From: Guillardia theta CCMP2712
Lineage: Eukaryota; Protista; Cryptophyta
NCBI RefSeq assembly: GCF_000315625.1
Contig: NW_005434673.1
Location: 529,792-593,791 of the forward strand
Reading direction: 5' to 3'
DNA length: 64,000 nucleotides
The position numbers were made by a program, and so were the translations under genes. Positions 1 through 10,580 of the stretch are shown piece by piece. Within the stretch, counting starts at the first letter, position 1; each line of letters starts with the position of its first letter. The notes under the pieces were generated by a model, which did no database searches, had not been told where the DNA came from, and saw only the letters and a list, made by a program, of their open reading frames with translations.

Positions 1-1
1 G

Positions 2-1330
2 GAAGCTGCCGACTTCCTTAGGGCAGCTGAGGGAGGTGACCTGGCCAGCATCCGGATAGCAGAGGAGAAGCGGGAGCTGTTGGACGTGCAGGACGAGCTG
101 GGCAACTCAGCGCTGCACCTAGCGATGCTGGGGCTTCATCTAGAGTGCGCCAGGTTCTTGCTAGACATCGGAGCTGACGTGAACAGCCTTAACGACGAGG
201 GCAATACTCCACTCATCCTCTGCTCGATCTGCATATCAGAGGAAGCCGCAGCATGTGCGAAGCTCTTGATAGAGATGAAGGCAGACCCTGAGATCCAGAA
301 CTTGCCTTCCAACGGAGGAGGAGGAGGATGCAGGGCTTTACATTATGCTTGTGGCGAAGGGAACATGCCGGTGGTCAAGTACCTGATAGAGGAGGCTAAG
401 GTGGAGCTCCGGGCGGTATCAAACGACATGTTGACGCCGCTGCTGTGCGCCATGATCAACAACAGGTCGGACGTGGTCTCCTTCCTGCTCAAGACAGACG
501 CGGGTCTCCTTGACATCCCCGACAGCAACGGCGACTATCCCCTGCACTTCGCCGTCCTGGAGAACCTGGTGGACATGGTGCTGACGCTGTTGCAAGAAGG
601 AGCGGACCCGCTCAAGGTGAACACGCGGGGGGAGACGCCGCTGTCGGTAGCAATGGACGTGCAGGCAGACAAGGACATCATCGAGATCCTCAAGCAGGCG
701 GAGGAAGAGACCCGCATGCAGGCCATCGAGATCAAGGCGACGGAGATCGAGGCCGAGGCCGAGGAGCTGTCGATCCAAGGGGACCTGAAGGGGGCGGCGG
801 CGAGGTGGGAGGAGGCGGCAGATTTGTACAGGCAGATTGGGGCAGCGGAGGAGGAAGGAAACTGTCTTCAGCGACTGCATGACATCGTCAAGGGCCAGGA
901 GGGGCCACAGGCTGCGTCGCCGGCCGTTACGCCGATGAAGGAGAAAAGGAAGGAGGTGCGTTCTTCGTTCAGCCCCAAGTTGCAAGCGGAAAACGTCTTG
1001 AGCGGGAAGGACGAGGAGGCGATGATGGAGCAGCAGATCAAGGAGAACGATCTGCGAGTGCTGTCGGAGGTTAGGAGACTGTCGGAGAGGAAGGAAACCA
1101 AGATCGACCCGCACCTTGCCGCTGAATCCTTCTCCGTGCCTGACCTGCTCTCCCCTGTGATTGAGAGTGGAAGCGAGGTCGAGAGCCCTGATGTTCCGAC
1201 GCAGCGGCAGGAAGCAGTTCGCCCTCAGAAATATTTTCAAGAGCAGGAGGAAGAGGGCGACAGCCACCTGCGGCGGGGAGTGTTCGAGGGGAAAACTGGA
1301 GTTTGGGTGGGAGAGGTGAGAACTGCATGA
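2..1330 (+). CDS. Ankyrin-repeat protein (5' partial; long exon, probably spliced at GT ~1316)
   Basis: Multiple ankyrin motifs (GNSALHLA, GNTPLILC, ALHYACGEG, LTPLLCA, GDYPLHFA, GETPLSVA), then a TPR-like helix pair. Frame is open from base 2. Confidence 0.9.
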   Translation, partial: EAADFLRAAEGGDLASIRIAEEKRELLDVQDELGNSALHLAMLGLHLECARFLLDIGADVNSLNDEGNTPLILCSICISEEAAACAKLLIEMKADPEIQNLPSNGGGGGCRALHYACGEGNMPVVKYLIEEAKVELRAVSNDMLTPLLCAMINNRSDVVSFLLKTDAGLLDIPDSNGDYPLHFAVLENLVDMVLTLLQEGADPLKVNTRGETPLSVAMDVQADKDIIEILKQAEEETRMQAIEIKATEIEAEAEELSIQGDLKGAAARWEEAADLYRQIGAAEEEGNCLQRLHDIVKGQEGPQAASPAVTPMKEKRKEVRSSFSPKLQAENVLSGKDEEAMMEQQIKENDLRVLSEVRRLSERKETKIDPHLAAESFSVPDLLSPVIESGSEVESPDVPTQRQEAVRPQKYFQEQEEEGDSHLRRGVFEGKTGVWVGEVRTA

Positions 1331-1460
1331 TGATGATGATGATGATGATGATGACGACGGCGACGACGGCGACGACGACGACGACGACGATGACGATGAC
1401 GACGGTGTCTTCGTCGACGACGCCACCGTTCGTCGTCGTCGTCGTCATCGTCGTTGGTGG
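1326..1460. repeat. (GAT)n/(GAC)n/(GTC)n trinucleotide microsatellites, probably intronic
   Basis: Direct inspection. Confidence 0.9.
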
Positions 1461-1900
1461 TGGTGTTGAGAATGACAATGAGGAAGAAGAGGAGGTGAAG
1501 AGGAGGAGGTGACGATAGGGAGCGGCAGGTGTTTTATAGTGATGACGAGGGAGACGAGAGTGATGAAAATGAGGACTACGAACCTCCCGCCGTGGCACCA
1601 AGGAAGGATGCCAACGAGCAGAAGGCAAGCATGAAGCAGGAGGAGGCTGAGACTGGCATAGCAAAGGGAGGACTGTTGAGACAACTGCAGGTGCTCACAT
1701 TTTAGCCTTCATGACTCTCCTCTCTCTCCATCCTTTCATCTTGACCTCTCCTTCATCCCTCCGCTTTCCTCCCCTGAGCTCTGTACACTGCCATCATTCT
1801 TCGTTCATCACCCTCCCCACTCCTTAACCTGCATCGCTCCACTCCCTTGGTGTCCTTCCTGCCTCATCTCATCCTTCGCTGCGATGTTTTGATCCCCTAG

Positions 1901-2672
1901 CAGCACCGAAAGCTGGAGGTCAATGTGGAGGAGGACAAGTCGGTAAGCTGTTCCTTCCGCTTCTCCCACTCCCTCACGTCCTCCCCTCGCAGGCACATAC
2001 AGCCCCTCCCGAGGTGTTTCCCCCTCAACCCGCCAGTCGGTGCCTATCAGGTGACACATGAAACAGCAGGCGGAACTCGCCGCCGCCTCCTCCTCGCCTC
2101 CCTTCGGCATTCGCCGGTCACCATCGCTCGTAGGATCAGATGCTGTCCCAGCTACTCTTCTGACTTCCTCCAGGTGAAGATCGAAAGGCAGAGGAATATG
2201 GCAAGGCTGCACCAGGTGAGTGCGCCTGTCAGATCGAAGGTCCTCACTCGGTGCTTTCCTCTTTAGCGGTACTCCAAGGAATGGGGAGGTATATGGGGTC
2301 AGTATCGAGACGAGGAGTCGGTGAGAAGAGGGCGGAGAGGGGAGGCCTAGGTGATCCTGTACAGGTGAAGGAGCTGAGCTTGGAAGATGCGGCGAAGGCA
2401 CTGGAGGAGGTTCTCAGAGGACAGGAAGAGCTGGGGAAAGTTGGGCTGAGATTGTTCGCACGGGCACGCGAGGCCTCCGACAAGTTCCTCGAGGTGAGAA
2501 GGGAGAGGAGAGCAGGAGGACTGGGAGCGTGAGAAGACTCAGGTGGAGGGGGGAGGAGCAAGGCGAGAAGGGGAAAGGGAAAGAAGGAAGAGAGAAGAGT
2601 GGGGATGGGGGATAGAGGGGGTGGAGGAGAGGGAGGTAACAGTGTCAGCAGGAGTTAGGGCGCAGGGAATAA
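1901..2672 (+). CDS. Short spliced exons, probably the 3' end of the ankyrin gene
   Basis: GT-AG-bounded segments read QHRKLEVNVEEDKS / VKIERQRNMARLHQ / VKELSLEDAAKALEEVL...DKFLE / ELGRRE*. Confidence 0.5.
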
Positions 2673-2904
2673 AACTCGATTTAAAGTTACATGATCCTCT
2701 TTATGTACAAACTGCTTGCTGTGTGCGAGTTTGAATGGCTGAAATGCACCTGCCACGAAATCAGTCAAAGGGAGCAGGCCTTTCCTCAACCCAAGCTACT
2801 CTGTTCCTCCTCCCCCCTCTCTCTCTGCTGCTGCATTGCCCTTGTTTAATGGATCCGGTCCTGATTCCTCTTTGAACCACTCAATCCTCACCGTCCATCT
2901 ATCC

Positions 2905-5900
2905 TCAAGCGAGAAATGTCCGCCGCCCACCCGCCCCCGGACTAACTCTTGCGCTCCACTCCTCCACTCCTCGCAAAACCCTCCTTCTCACCGCTCGAGG
3001 TCTTCGTTTTTCCTCCCCGTCAGGTTGAGGATGTTCTCCTGTGCTAGCTGGCACATACTTGCTGCGTTCTTCAGTCCATCCCCTTCCGACTTTATCCAGA
3101 ACTACAGCAGGCTCGTCAGGCTCCCACCCTGCTCGCCTTCCTCCAACCACCTGCTCCGCCCTTGCGCACAGGACCTTCCACAGGTCCTCGTTCTGTGCCA
3201 TCGCTACGTCTCTGCATGCCAGTGAGATCCAGTCTCGCCCCCGCTCCCCTCTCGGCTCGTCCTCGAACCCTCCCTGTTGCCTCCTCGCTGACCCGAGCTT
3301 CTCCAACCACCTCTTCCTACCTGCTGCAGAGGTCGACTGTCTCACGGAGTAGTGGAAAGTGCATCTAGAAGGAAAGAGTAAGCTGAGTGAAGCAGCGCTC
3401 GAGGCGCTACCGATGAGATGGAAACGAGAAATGGAGTCCAGACCCAGGAGTAGATGCGGCTGGCCCTCTCCCTATGTACCGGCAATGAGCTGGTATGAGG
3501 AGGGGTATGAAAGAACAAGGGGGCAGGAAGCTGTGGAACAGGAAGAAGATGAGGACTTTGAAGGCGAGGACGAGGAGGAGGAGGAGGAGGAGGAGGAGGA
3601 GGAGGATAACCTGTGCTGCTTCCACTTGTCCGAGAAAGAAAGAATGGACATGGTACCTGCCAGAGAGTGAGCCAAGGAGTGTTCCTTCGACTAACCCAAC
3701 TGCTCACTGGCAACATGAAGGAGGGAACGACGGTCGTTGAAGAACTTGTAGTCCAAGAAGCGCAGGTAGATGTCTGATTCGCTCGAGGAGTTGGAGGGCA
3801 GGACGGACGGATCCGCCGAGTCCTCCATACTCTGCCCAAACTCGATGGGCTCGCCGAGGTCACGGCGGAATTCATCTTCCCCATTCGACGTCTGCTTCCT
3901 CGTGGTGAAGTTTTGGAACTCGGCGCTCGTGTTTGAGAGCTCCTCCTCCATTCTCTTCAAGCTCGGGGCTAAGTAGGGGCACCAGGTCCTGCAGTGGAGG
4001 ATGAGACGGGGGGATGGACGGCGCAGGAAGTGGGTGTGAGAGTCGTATAGGATGAAGGGCAGGATCACGATCAATCTTCTTACCGTTCTAACTTGATGAT
4101 CGCGTGTGCTATCTGAATGAAACCATCAGCCACTGCGAGTGGAAGGGAAGGGAAAGCCAAATGACGAGCACACCACGGATGAGAACAGAAGAAGGGAGAG
4201 CAAGAGAGCAAGTGAGGAGTAGGAGTGGGAGGAGGTGAAGTCTATTGAGGCGGGGAGCAAGGCAGTCGGCTCAGTGTCACCTGGGCGACGTACACGAGGT
4301 TCATCTTGCCAAAGATGGAGGGTTGAAAGATGCGGGAGAAAAGCATGTCGATGAGCTTCAGCCCAACTTTCTGGAGGTCGAGGAGCGTCAGCAGACTGTC
4401 GGAGGTAGCGAGCGAGGGGATCGCCGAGTGCTCACATTTTCATAGCCCTCGTTGACAGCTGTCAGACCTGCAAGTGCTGGTCAGGTGATGCCAGGAACAC
4501 CAGGACGGAAGAGGCGAACGGCAGGGATAGCGGAGTGGTAGAAGGAAGGAAAGCGCGAGGGTGGAGAGGACAGAAAAAAAGGGAGGGAAGGGAGGGAGGG
4601 AGGGAGGGAGCTCAGGGGCGGAGGCCGGGGACGGCACGTACCCATCAAGGAATTGCAAAGGTCCATCTCATTGAAATGATCGACGTGAAGCGGCGGCTGA
4701 TCTTCAGCTTCGCCATCGATGGGGGCCGCGGGATCACCAGCAAGCTCGAGGATGTCGCAGATCTAACAAGGAACGAACTGGATCAGTCCATTCTCTCCTC
4801 CTGCCTCGGCCGTGTTGATGCCGTACACCCGGCCTTCCAGGCGATTTCACTCTCCTCTTCTTCTCCTTTCCTCGTGTTGCCGTCCTTTCCTCTTCTGTCT
4901 TCCTACCCATCGTCCTCTATCCTCGTCTACTCTGTGCTTCGTCTTGAGCATTCCCTTAAGTTCCTGCTCTCGACAACCTACCATCCCCACTCGTTTCTTT
5001 CACCTGTTGGATCCTGACCGAGTCCCGGAACCCAGTCTGTCGAAAAGCAGCACATGTCAAAGTCCTCCAACGTCTTCGTGTTCTACTTCACCTTGCCGAT
5101 TGCCCAGATAAAGTTGGACAGTCCCATTGCTGTAAAGTTTCGCTTCACAGAAGGAACAAGCGCCCTGCAAGTCAGGGTTGAGCACTGTGCGGTCTAAAGA
5201 ATGCTCCAGAATGCAAACCGTTGGGTCAATGCTGAAATCAGCGCGGTGTCATTCCGGCCCAGGGAAGCGGCAGCATGAGCAATCGTTGAAACCCCGCGAG
5301 CATTCAACACGTTGCTGATAATGAGAAGTCATGAAAAGAGAGACTTGAGGAGCACGAGATTGGGAGGATTCGCGACCAGGAGATGATGAGCAGCGAGGAT
5401 CAAAGTTAAGACAGTCAAAGCAAAAGGAGAAGGCTAGCAACGTAGAGGGGAAAACAGCAATGAGAAGAAGAAAACAAGTGATCAGGTTACCAAAACTGTT
5501 GGGCGCGGTGAAAAAGTCCATTCACGGCATATATGTAGTTCTTGCGGCTAAAAACCAAGATCTTAGCATGAAGAGAGGCAACCACTTGATTGCATTACCC
5601 TTGTCCGCGAGGAGGAGCTTTCGAAGATTTGGAATAGAGCGGCTGGCAGGAAGCTGTCAGTTCATAGAAGGGAAACGTTTCAGTACATCAGGTGTGAGAG
5701 CATCGAAGGAGCAGAGAATGGGTGAAGGTGAAGGGGGGAGGCGGAAAGGGAACAGTAGCTGATGAAATCATATGCTTACAAGCTTCGTGAACTTGTTCAA
5801 TGCTAACAAGACATGCCCAATTTGAAAGAAAGACTGGAGTCGACGACAAAAAGAGTCGGTCAGATCATGGTTGTCAATACAATGTAAAGAACACCGTCGA

Positions 5901-7443
5901 TCCTCCTGACTGGGATCGATATGTAACAATCAGATCCACCTGAGAGAGAAATGATCAAAAATGATGGATCAGCGTAGAGGAAGGTCACAAGTTCTTCTCT
6001 GCTGCGAGCAGCTGCTATCTGAGGGGCAGATTTGTGAGCAAACCTTGCCTCGCACCTCCTGCCTTCCTCACCTGTTTCATAGCAGCTACTCTATCAGGAT
6101 AGTGTAAGGGATGTGTCTTCTTTTTGTAGACACCAGGGGCCTGCACCATTCCCGGCCTATACCTGCCATGACAGTCACGGACGAGCTGAGGTAGAGGGCA
6201 ACCTGGGGGTTGGCCCGGAAGGGGCCACGTCTCCCACCTCTGGTATGGTGGCCGCGGTTGCGTCCCACCGTCATTCTTTGATTGATAGAAATCTTTCCTG
6301 TGGGAGTATGACTGCTGCACTGCCCCCATCGGGTTCAACCCCTTGTCTTGCATCATCTGCCGGTCTCGAAATTCAGGACGATCTCTCTCTCGCCGAGGGG
6401 GTTCAACCAGGTTTTCGTTTGCCTGCATCTGGCGTCTTTGGTACTCAGCAAAGAATTCCCGACCGCCATGTTGCTGAGGAGCACGAGACGGCATCATGTT
6501 GAAGTCTGCATGACAATCAGAACTTACTGCCACAAGAATATGGTGAATGCTGGTGGGTCCACCGGAAGACACGGAGGGGAGAGAAGCGCTTGTAACCGAG
6601 GCATCAAATGGAGGGGGAAGGAAAAGACACAGAGGAGAGAGCGCGGAAATGGAACATAGGAATGCCGTCACCTTGCACTTCCTGTTGATACATGGGCTGC
6701 ATGCCACGGAAGTTCATCGATGGCTGCATCGGGTTCATCTCCTGCAGGAATGCATTCACTTCACTCAGCCTTGAATTGTTCCGATCAAAAGCGGGTGGGG
6801 ATGGGGCCGAGCGTCAGCTCACCTGGTACCCGGGCATTACACCTCGCGACATGCCTGCCCCGGCCTGTCTGTACTGATCTGAGCAAGTTGAGTCACCCCA
6901 GAGTATGCAGCACAGCGCTCTCAAGGAGGCCCCTTACTTGCGTTGGAGAACATGGCAGGGTTGTTGCTTTCCATCCTCTCGATGTGACTGTCCTCAGCGT
7001 TTCAGTTTACAGAGCACAATGACGAAGAGGGGCTGTCACCCCCTCTGGCGAGGAAGCCCTTGCTGGAAGCTGTCCATCATCGCATTCGGATCGTTCTGCT
7101 TGAACATGCCCCTGCAGCAACATGAGAGCAAGCGCGACGCTGTCGGTCCTTACATGCTGCTCATGGGCGGCTGATTCATAGGGTGCTGCATCCCTCCCTG
7201 TTGCCATGGCGCCTCTCGCCTTTGCCACTGCTCTCCATTGCCGTAAACATCAGCATACTGGCCTATGTTCGGGTTCTGCTGCCGCATGTTCATGGGATAG
7301 TTTTCTCGCGCGTCCATCCTCCTGTCTCCGCCTCCTCTCAACCGGAGCACGTGCGTCTGAGAACGCGAGAGATCAGCTGCCCGAGTCCCATGGTGCAGTA
7401 CTATGGCTAACACACAGATCGAATGCCAAAAACGACTGTGCAT
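2905..7443 (-). CDS. Multi-exon protein: signal peptide + VLRLRGG, Q/M/P-rich region, OPR/FAST-like helical repeats (putative organellar RNA-binding protein); 3' exons may belong to a second gene
   Basis: N-terminus MHSRFWHSICVLAIVLHHGTRA...HVLRLRGG. Exons LNARGVSTIAHAAASLG (~5230-5310) and NFTAMGLSNFIWAIGK (~5095-5140) resemble the OPR consensus (F..Q.LSN..WALAKLG). Many short GT-AG introns. Confidence 0.55.
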
Positions 7444-8169
7444 GGTTCTTCTACAAGGTGAGATTTCTGCCTGATGCTGTTTGCTTTGCTGTATGAATAG
7501 ACAGCTCTGGACTCCGGGCGGGCGCAAACACAATGAGAAAGCTGCCAATGCTTGAAGCTCCCAGAGCGCACGAGGGCGGGTACAAGTCTTTTCTAATGCC
7601 CAAAACGTCTCCCCCCTGCTTGATGGATTGAGCAAGAACAAAGTCTAGCGGGCGAAGTGACTTGACTCCGTTACCGTCCTGCTGCAAAGATGCTGGACCA
7701 GGTGAGGGGGCCTGGGATGACGAGCAGGCAAACAATGGCAGACGGCCTAGGTAGGAGGAAAGTAGACGAGACTGCGATCAACTCCAGGGGCATTCAGCTC
7801 TCATTCTCCTTGCCCTCCAACTTGTCTTGGTGTTTGTTTTCTGCAGTTTCTCCTCCTCCTCCTCCTCTCCCTTGTCCTTCTTCTCCTCGATCTGCTCCTC
7901 CTCCTCTACCGCTGATTCTGGCGCGCCATCATCGGTCGCTTCTTCCCTACCCCCTCTTGATTCTACCCCCACCCCATGTGAAATTTCCCCTACCCCCCAA
8001 AAAATACCACCCTACGATGTACTTGGTGCAAAGACTCGAAAGATAACCCCTTCCATGAGCTGAAGGCAGTAACCCCCTACCCCCCGACATACACCCTCCT
8101 TCAGCACTGTTCACTACCCTACCCTACCCTACCTCATCACTGATTGGGATGTAACGGACGTACCCGTCA

Positions 8170-8400
8170 AGTCATGCTCCTGGGCCGCTATGTGCTCTGC
8201 TGCAGGACAGCTTCCATGAGCCGTGAGTCTAAGTTCCTGGAGGAACAAGTGCGCAAGGAAGGATGTTTGGGATGGATCCTAGGCCCTACGGGGACGGGGA
8301 GGGCGATGGCGACGACGTCTTTCATGCAATCACTGAGCAAAGAGGGTTTCCCCTGGATGGTTTTGTGCTGCAGGGGACACAAGTACATGAAGACTTGTAC
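8170..8400 (+). pseudogene. Crinkler(CR)-type P-loop NTPase fragment
   Basis: RYVLCCR...SKFLEEQVRKEGCLGWILGPTGTGRAMATTSF resembles the CR-family GWILGPPGTGKS Walker A region, with the GKS degenerate. Confidence 0.55.
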
Positions 8401-8769
8401 AGTACATGTTTGCTATGTTGCCATGGTGACTGAGAGAATCGCTGACTTGCTGTCACAACCTAGCTTGCCCAAAATATCAACTGCTGACAACCTGCTTCTG
8501 CCTCTTCCTGTCTGCCTTGTTTTCCATGCTTCGTTCAGGTCCTCTTCTTCATATAGCTCGATGGAGGTTGCTACCCTTCAATCAGGCTCTATTGCATGGC
8601 ATACAGATACATTCAACGAAAAAGCCTCACGCAATCAGCCTGGACCGACGCCGCAAGATTATCCACATGATCTTGGGTCCATCCCAGCCAAGTACGCTTG
8701 ATTCTCTTCCTGGCCGCAAAGCCACCGGCACCTCGAGAGCATGCCCTTATTCTCCACCCTGCTTACCCT

Positions 8770-9790
8770 GAACTTGTCGACATTCTCCGTGGGAACGACA
8801 AATACAATCTCCACAGTACACAGTCCATGGGCTCCCTTGTATCCTCAAGGAGGTCCAAGCACTCTGAGAAGTACCGCAGCTTGAGGTCATGAGTCTCTGA
8901 TATCGTCACCTGCACACAGCGCACAGTCTTTGTCTTCCAGTCCACCATCACAGCATCGTATCCCCCCTTATTCCACCATCACAGCATCGTATCCCCCCTT
9001 ATTCCACCATCACAGCATCGTATCCCCCCTTATTCCACCATCACAGCATCGTATCCCCCCTTATTCCACCATCACAGCATCGTATCCCCCCTTATTCCAC
9101 CATCACAGCATCGTATCCCCCCTTATTCCACCATCACAGCATCGTATCCCCCCTTATTCCACCATCACAGCATCGTATCCCCCCTTATTCCACCATCACA
9201 GCATCGTATCCCCCCTTATTCCACCATCACAGCATCGTATCCCCCCTTATTCCACCATCACAGCATCGTATCCCCCCTGATTCCAGTTCAATGGCATCAG
9301 GCACACCCTCTCCCTGTTCTGCTTTCAGAATCGTAGACTTGCGTTGGGTCAAAAGTTTTGACAGCAAAAAACTCCCCACTTGATTGACTCTTTCGTCCTA
9401 GTCGTCATCACCTGCAGCCCTGGCTCCTTCGCTGTCCGAGCAAAGAACAGCATCTCAAATAACACTCTCCGAAGTGTTTGATTCTCGTCATCCCAGGAAG
9501 CTCCTCTACCTTTCTCACAAACGATTCTTCATGTTTCTGCGCTAGCTCCGTCGCTACAAACTTGCTCATCAGCACCCATTGCCCCCCGGCCTCCAGTACG
9601 ATTCTTCCCGTGCAGCCGATTCACAAATTGTTCGGCTCGGTCCCCTATCCCAAAATTCAACACAGACTGAATATCAGTCACACTATCCATCGCGTCACTC
9701 AAATCTTGGATCGCTTCTTCCCTAGTGCTTTCAAGCATGTACCGGCACGAGCTTCTAACTATCTGATACTTTAACTCAACCTCTCTCGCC
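8770..9790 (-). pseudogene. Crinkler(CR)-type C-terminal region (post-NTPase helices + restriction-endonuclease-like domain), frameshifted and repeat-interrupted
   Basis: Across frames: KYQIVRSSCRYM...IGDRAEQFVNRL / MSKFVATELA / NQTLRRVLFEMLFFAR / CLMPLNWNQGGYDAVMV[repeat]DWKTKTVRCVQVTISETHDLKLRYF. Confidence 0.65.
8942..9282. repeat. Minisatellite, 11 x 31 bp (CCACCATCACAGCATCGTATCCCCCCTTATT)
   Basis: Unit starts at 8942, 8973, 9004 ... 9252. The last unit has CTGATT instead of CTTATT. No spacers. Confidence 0.97.
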
Positions 9791-10380
9791 CTTCTTTCGT
9801 ACTCGAGTTCCCGCGGTTCATGCCTTCTGATCCTCTCCTTCAAGTTTCCCCTCAATCCCATCACGTCCTCCACGGCCTCATGGTACAGCAAGTCGTACTT
9901 GACGGCCTCCTGGTACTCCTCGAGCGTCTATGGGTATATTTTCAGTTCTTTCGCCTCTCCTCAAGATCTTGCCCATGATTCTTCTTGCTTCTAGAGCCAG
10001 CGTACGCTCGTCTCCACAGTCCTTTCACGGCCTTCACGCGTCTTCTGCGCATTCTCCTCTTTGCTGCGAAGGTATTCCAGAAGACGATTCTCTGCTGCTT
10101 GAAGGCTTTCCCACTGCTTGTGCAAGTTCTCCTTCTCCTTGTGCAGGTTCTTCTGCTTCTTTTCGAGTTGTGCTTTATCTGCTAGTATTTGTTTTTCTCT
10201 CTCCTCCAGATTCATCTGCACGACCCTCCAGTACTCTCTCTGAGCCCTTCCTCAAAAAGCTTCAGCACGGCCTAGCCTTGTTCTGCATCAGGTCCTTAAG
10301 CTCTGTGTGAAGGTTTCCTCCTGCGTCTGAAGGTTGTCCTCCTTCTGAAGATAGTATCGGACATGCTGCCAGGCACGGTT
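9790..10380 (-). pseudogene. Degenerate coiled-coil coding sequence fused upstream of the CR relic
   Basis: E/K/Q-rich ORFs (9991-10221 and the start of 9529-9891) in one frame, separated by in-frame stops. Confidence 0.45.
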
Positions 10381-10580
10381 CAGGAATGACGAGGTTCGGG
10401 GATCATAGGTAAAAGAGGGCGAGTCTTCTCCTCTTTACTCAAAGCCTCAGTTTATCAAGAGGAAAATGGAAAGAAACAGACAGTATACCGGACCCAACTA
10501 CTTAAGGGAAAGGTGGGGGTTTAACAGCCGGGGCCCAGCAGAGAAAAGGGGCGGACTCAGCCAGAAAGGAAGCTGTACGG

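Noticed and set aside
419-1426. Long antisense and overlapping ORFs here and elsewhere (e.g. 42105-43227, 29446-30264)
   Set aside because: Shadow ORFs from GC-rich codon usage and microsatellite introns.
8930-9280. 116-aa repetitive + strand ORF (SQHRIPPYSTITAS...)
   Set aside because: By-product of the minisatellite; the meaningful coding signal is on the minus strand.
8942-9282. CRISPR array
   Set aside because: Head-to-tail 31-bp units with no spacers, no cas genes, eukaryotic context.
10432-10444. 13-mer TCTTTACTCAAAG shared with 38056-38068
   Set aside because: A single 13-mer match is expected by chance in 64 kb, and there is no flanking homology.
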